The notes beneath the pieces were generated by a model that worked only from the letters and a program-made list of their open reading frames with translations, did not search any database and had not been told where the DNA came from. Position numbers and translations under genes: made by a program. DNA of 64,000 nt. It comes from Mobula hypostoma. Lineage: Eukaryota. Shown here piece by piece: positions 62,504-64,000 of this stretch. Positions within the stretch are counted from its first letter, which is position 1. Every line of letters begins with the position of its first letter. The stretch spans positions 4,776,001-4,840,000 of the forward strand of contig NC_086109.1 of the NCBI RefSeq assembly GCF_963921235.1, in the 5' to 3' direction.

Positions 62504-63463
62504 CGTGAGGGGATCCAGGAGTGCCCCTATTAACTGCTTGAAGAGAGACAGAAAGAGACATTTATCATTGATAGTTTGTTTGGAAAGGAGAGAGAGATGA
62601 AGATTAATGGTTGGACTGTCCCTTTAAGGCATTGGAAGTAACTTTGGATTTCTACTGAGTTTGGAGTTGGAGACAGCACCGAGCAGCTCGAAAGTTGCTA
62701 TGGTGACCGAAGGCATGTTATTTAATGGACACTCAATGTTATGATTTTCAGCAGGTTGTTGATATTTCTTCAAGGACTTGCTGCCTGCTTGTGCATTTCT
62801 TCACAGACAAAGGAAGGAGGGATTATTTGAATGACAATTGATGCTCAGTACCGTGAGACAAATAGGAGGTCAGATGATACAGACCTCAGACACATGATCT
62901 GGACACTGAATGAGCATTGTTGCGCCTGCTGAGAAAATGGGTTTTGGAGGATCGATCAGGCAGATTGACCCAAATTGCTATTCCAACGGTGAATAAGGGA
63001 TGACTGGTGGGGAGTTGTCTATGTGTCCACCCTTGCCGGGGTGATAGCTCCACCACAGGAAAACCGGTCCCCCGGTTAAAGTCACAGTCGGTGACTTGTG
63101 AAGGATTTCGGAGGACGACGAGAAGATCGACGGCATCAGCTCACCTGAAAACTCAACTCACTCTCTCTCTCTCTGTCTCCATCACTACTCAACTAATACC
63201 ACGAACTGAACTGAACTGAACTTTACTCAACATCGTAAGACTGTATCTTTTTACCCCTAGACTTAAAGAAGCTTGTTTTTTTCATACAGATATATTCCAC
63301 ACTTACTTTTATATATAATCATTGCTAACCTGTTTGATCTATCTTCATTTATATTACTGTATTGTGTAGTTACTAACAAATATTATTAGTTTATAGCAAT
63401 ACTGGACTCCAAAGTGTTTTCCATCTCTGCTGGATCTTTATTCCCATCACGGGGTATGTGACA
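62504..63463. mobile_element. Solo LTR (~960 bp)
   Basis: (C)GTGA...GACA termini with CCTC 4-bp TSD; interrupts a minus-strand CR1. Confidence 0.65.
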
Positions 63464-64000
63464 CCTCTCATATGAGCCATCTCTGCCATAGGAAAAAGCC
63501 TCTGGATGTCTACTTGATCAACCTCTCTTATCATCTTGTTCACCTCTATCAAATCACCTCTCATCCTCCTTCGCTCTTGAGAGAAAAGCCCTAGCTCACT
63601 CACTTAGGGGCGGCATGGCAGTGTAGTAGTTTGCACAACGCTTCACAGTACAGGTGACGTGGGTTCAATTCCCACCACTGCCTGTAAGGACACGTTGACT
63701 GTACTCTTTCTTGTAGATGCTGCCTGGCCTGTTGAGTTCCTCCAACATTTTGTGTGTACTGCCTGTAAGGAGTTTGTATGTTCTCCCATTGACCACGTGG
63801 GTTTCCTCCGGGTGCTCTGGTTTCCTCCCACAGTCCAAAGACATACCGTTTGGTAGGTTAATTGGTCATTGTAAATTGTGCTGTGATTAAGCTACGATTA
63901 AATCAGGGGATTGCTGGGCGGTGTGGCTCAAAAGGCCTACTTTGGGTTGCACCTCAATAAATAAATAAATTAAAAATATTCTCGGAAAGACATGCTCTCT

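Overview
Eukaryotic, very repeat-rich vertebrate DNA. The repeat spectrum (CR1, Rex1-like, L1, Penelope-like, HERO-like, Tc1, solo LTRs) fits a cartilaginous fish, probably a ray (inference). Two host genes can be assembled by hand on the minus strand. (1) A regulator-of-complement-activation (RCA)-type gene, CD55/CD46-like, 27816 -> at least 9922. It has a signal-peptide exon in a CpG-rich promoter, three CCP/sushi modules (the second split over two exons), a tandem array of symmetric Ser/Thr/Asn-rich micro-exons and a Gly/Ser micro-exon. Its anchor/terminal exon was not identified. (2) The last coding exon (42005-41928) of a PFKFB (6-phosphofructo-2-kinase/fructose-2,6-bisphosphatase) gene upstream of it, matching the known PFKFB2-RCA linkage. 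Notable hidden structure: a full HDV-like ribozyme fold at the exact 5' end of a TSD-flanked non-coding retroelement (2392-2574, second copy 16761-16943) and minimal hammerhead ribozymes in Penelope-like terminal repeats. Rearrangements include a >=2.6 kb duplicated block (1-2616 / 14371-16985) with mosaic divergence, a 3'-truncated L1 between 588-bp direct duplications, and a fold-back Tc1 that captured an inverted copy of its own flank. All calls are by eye; repeat boundaries are approximate.
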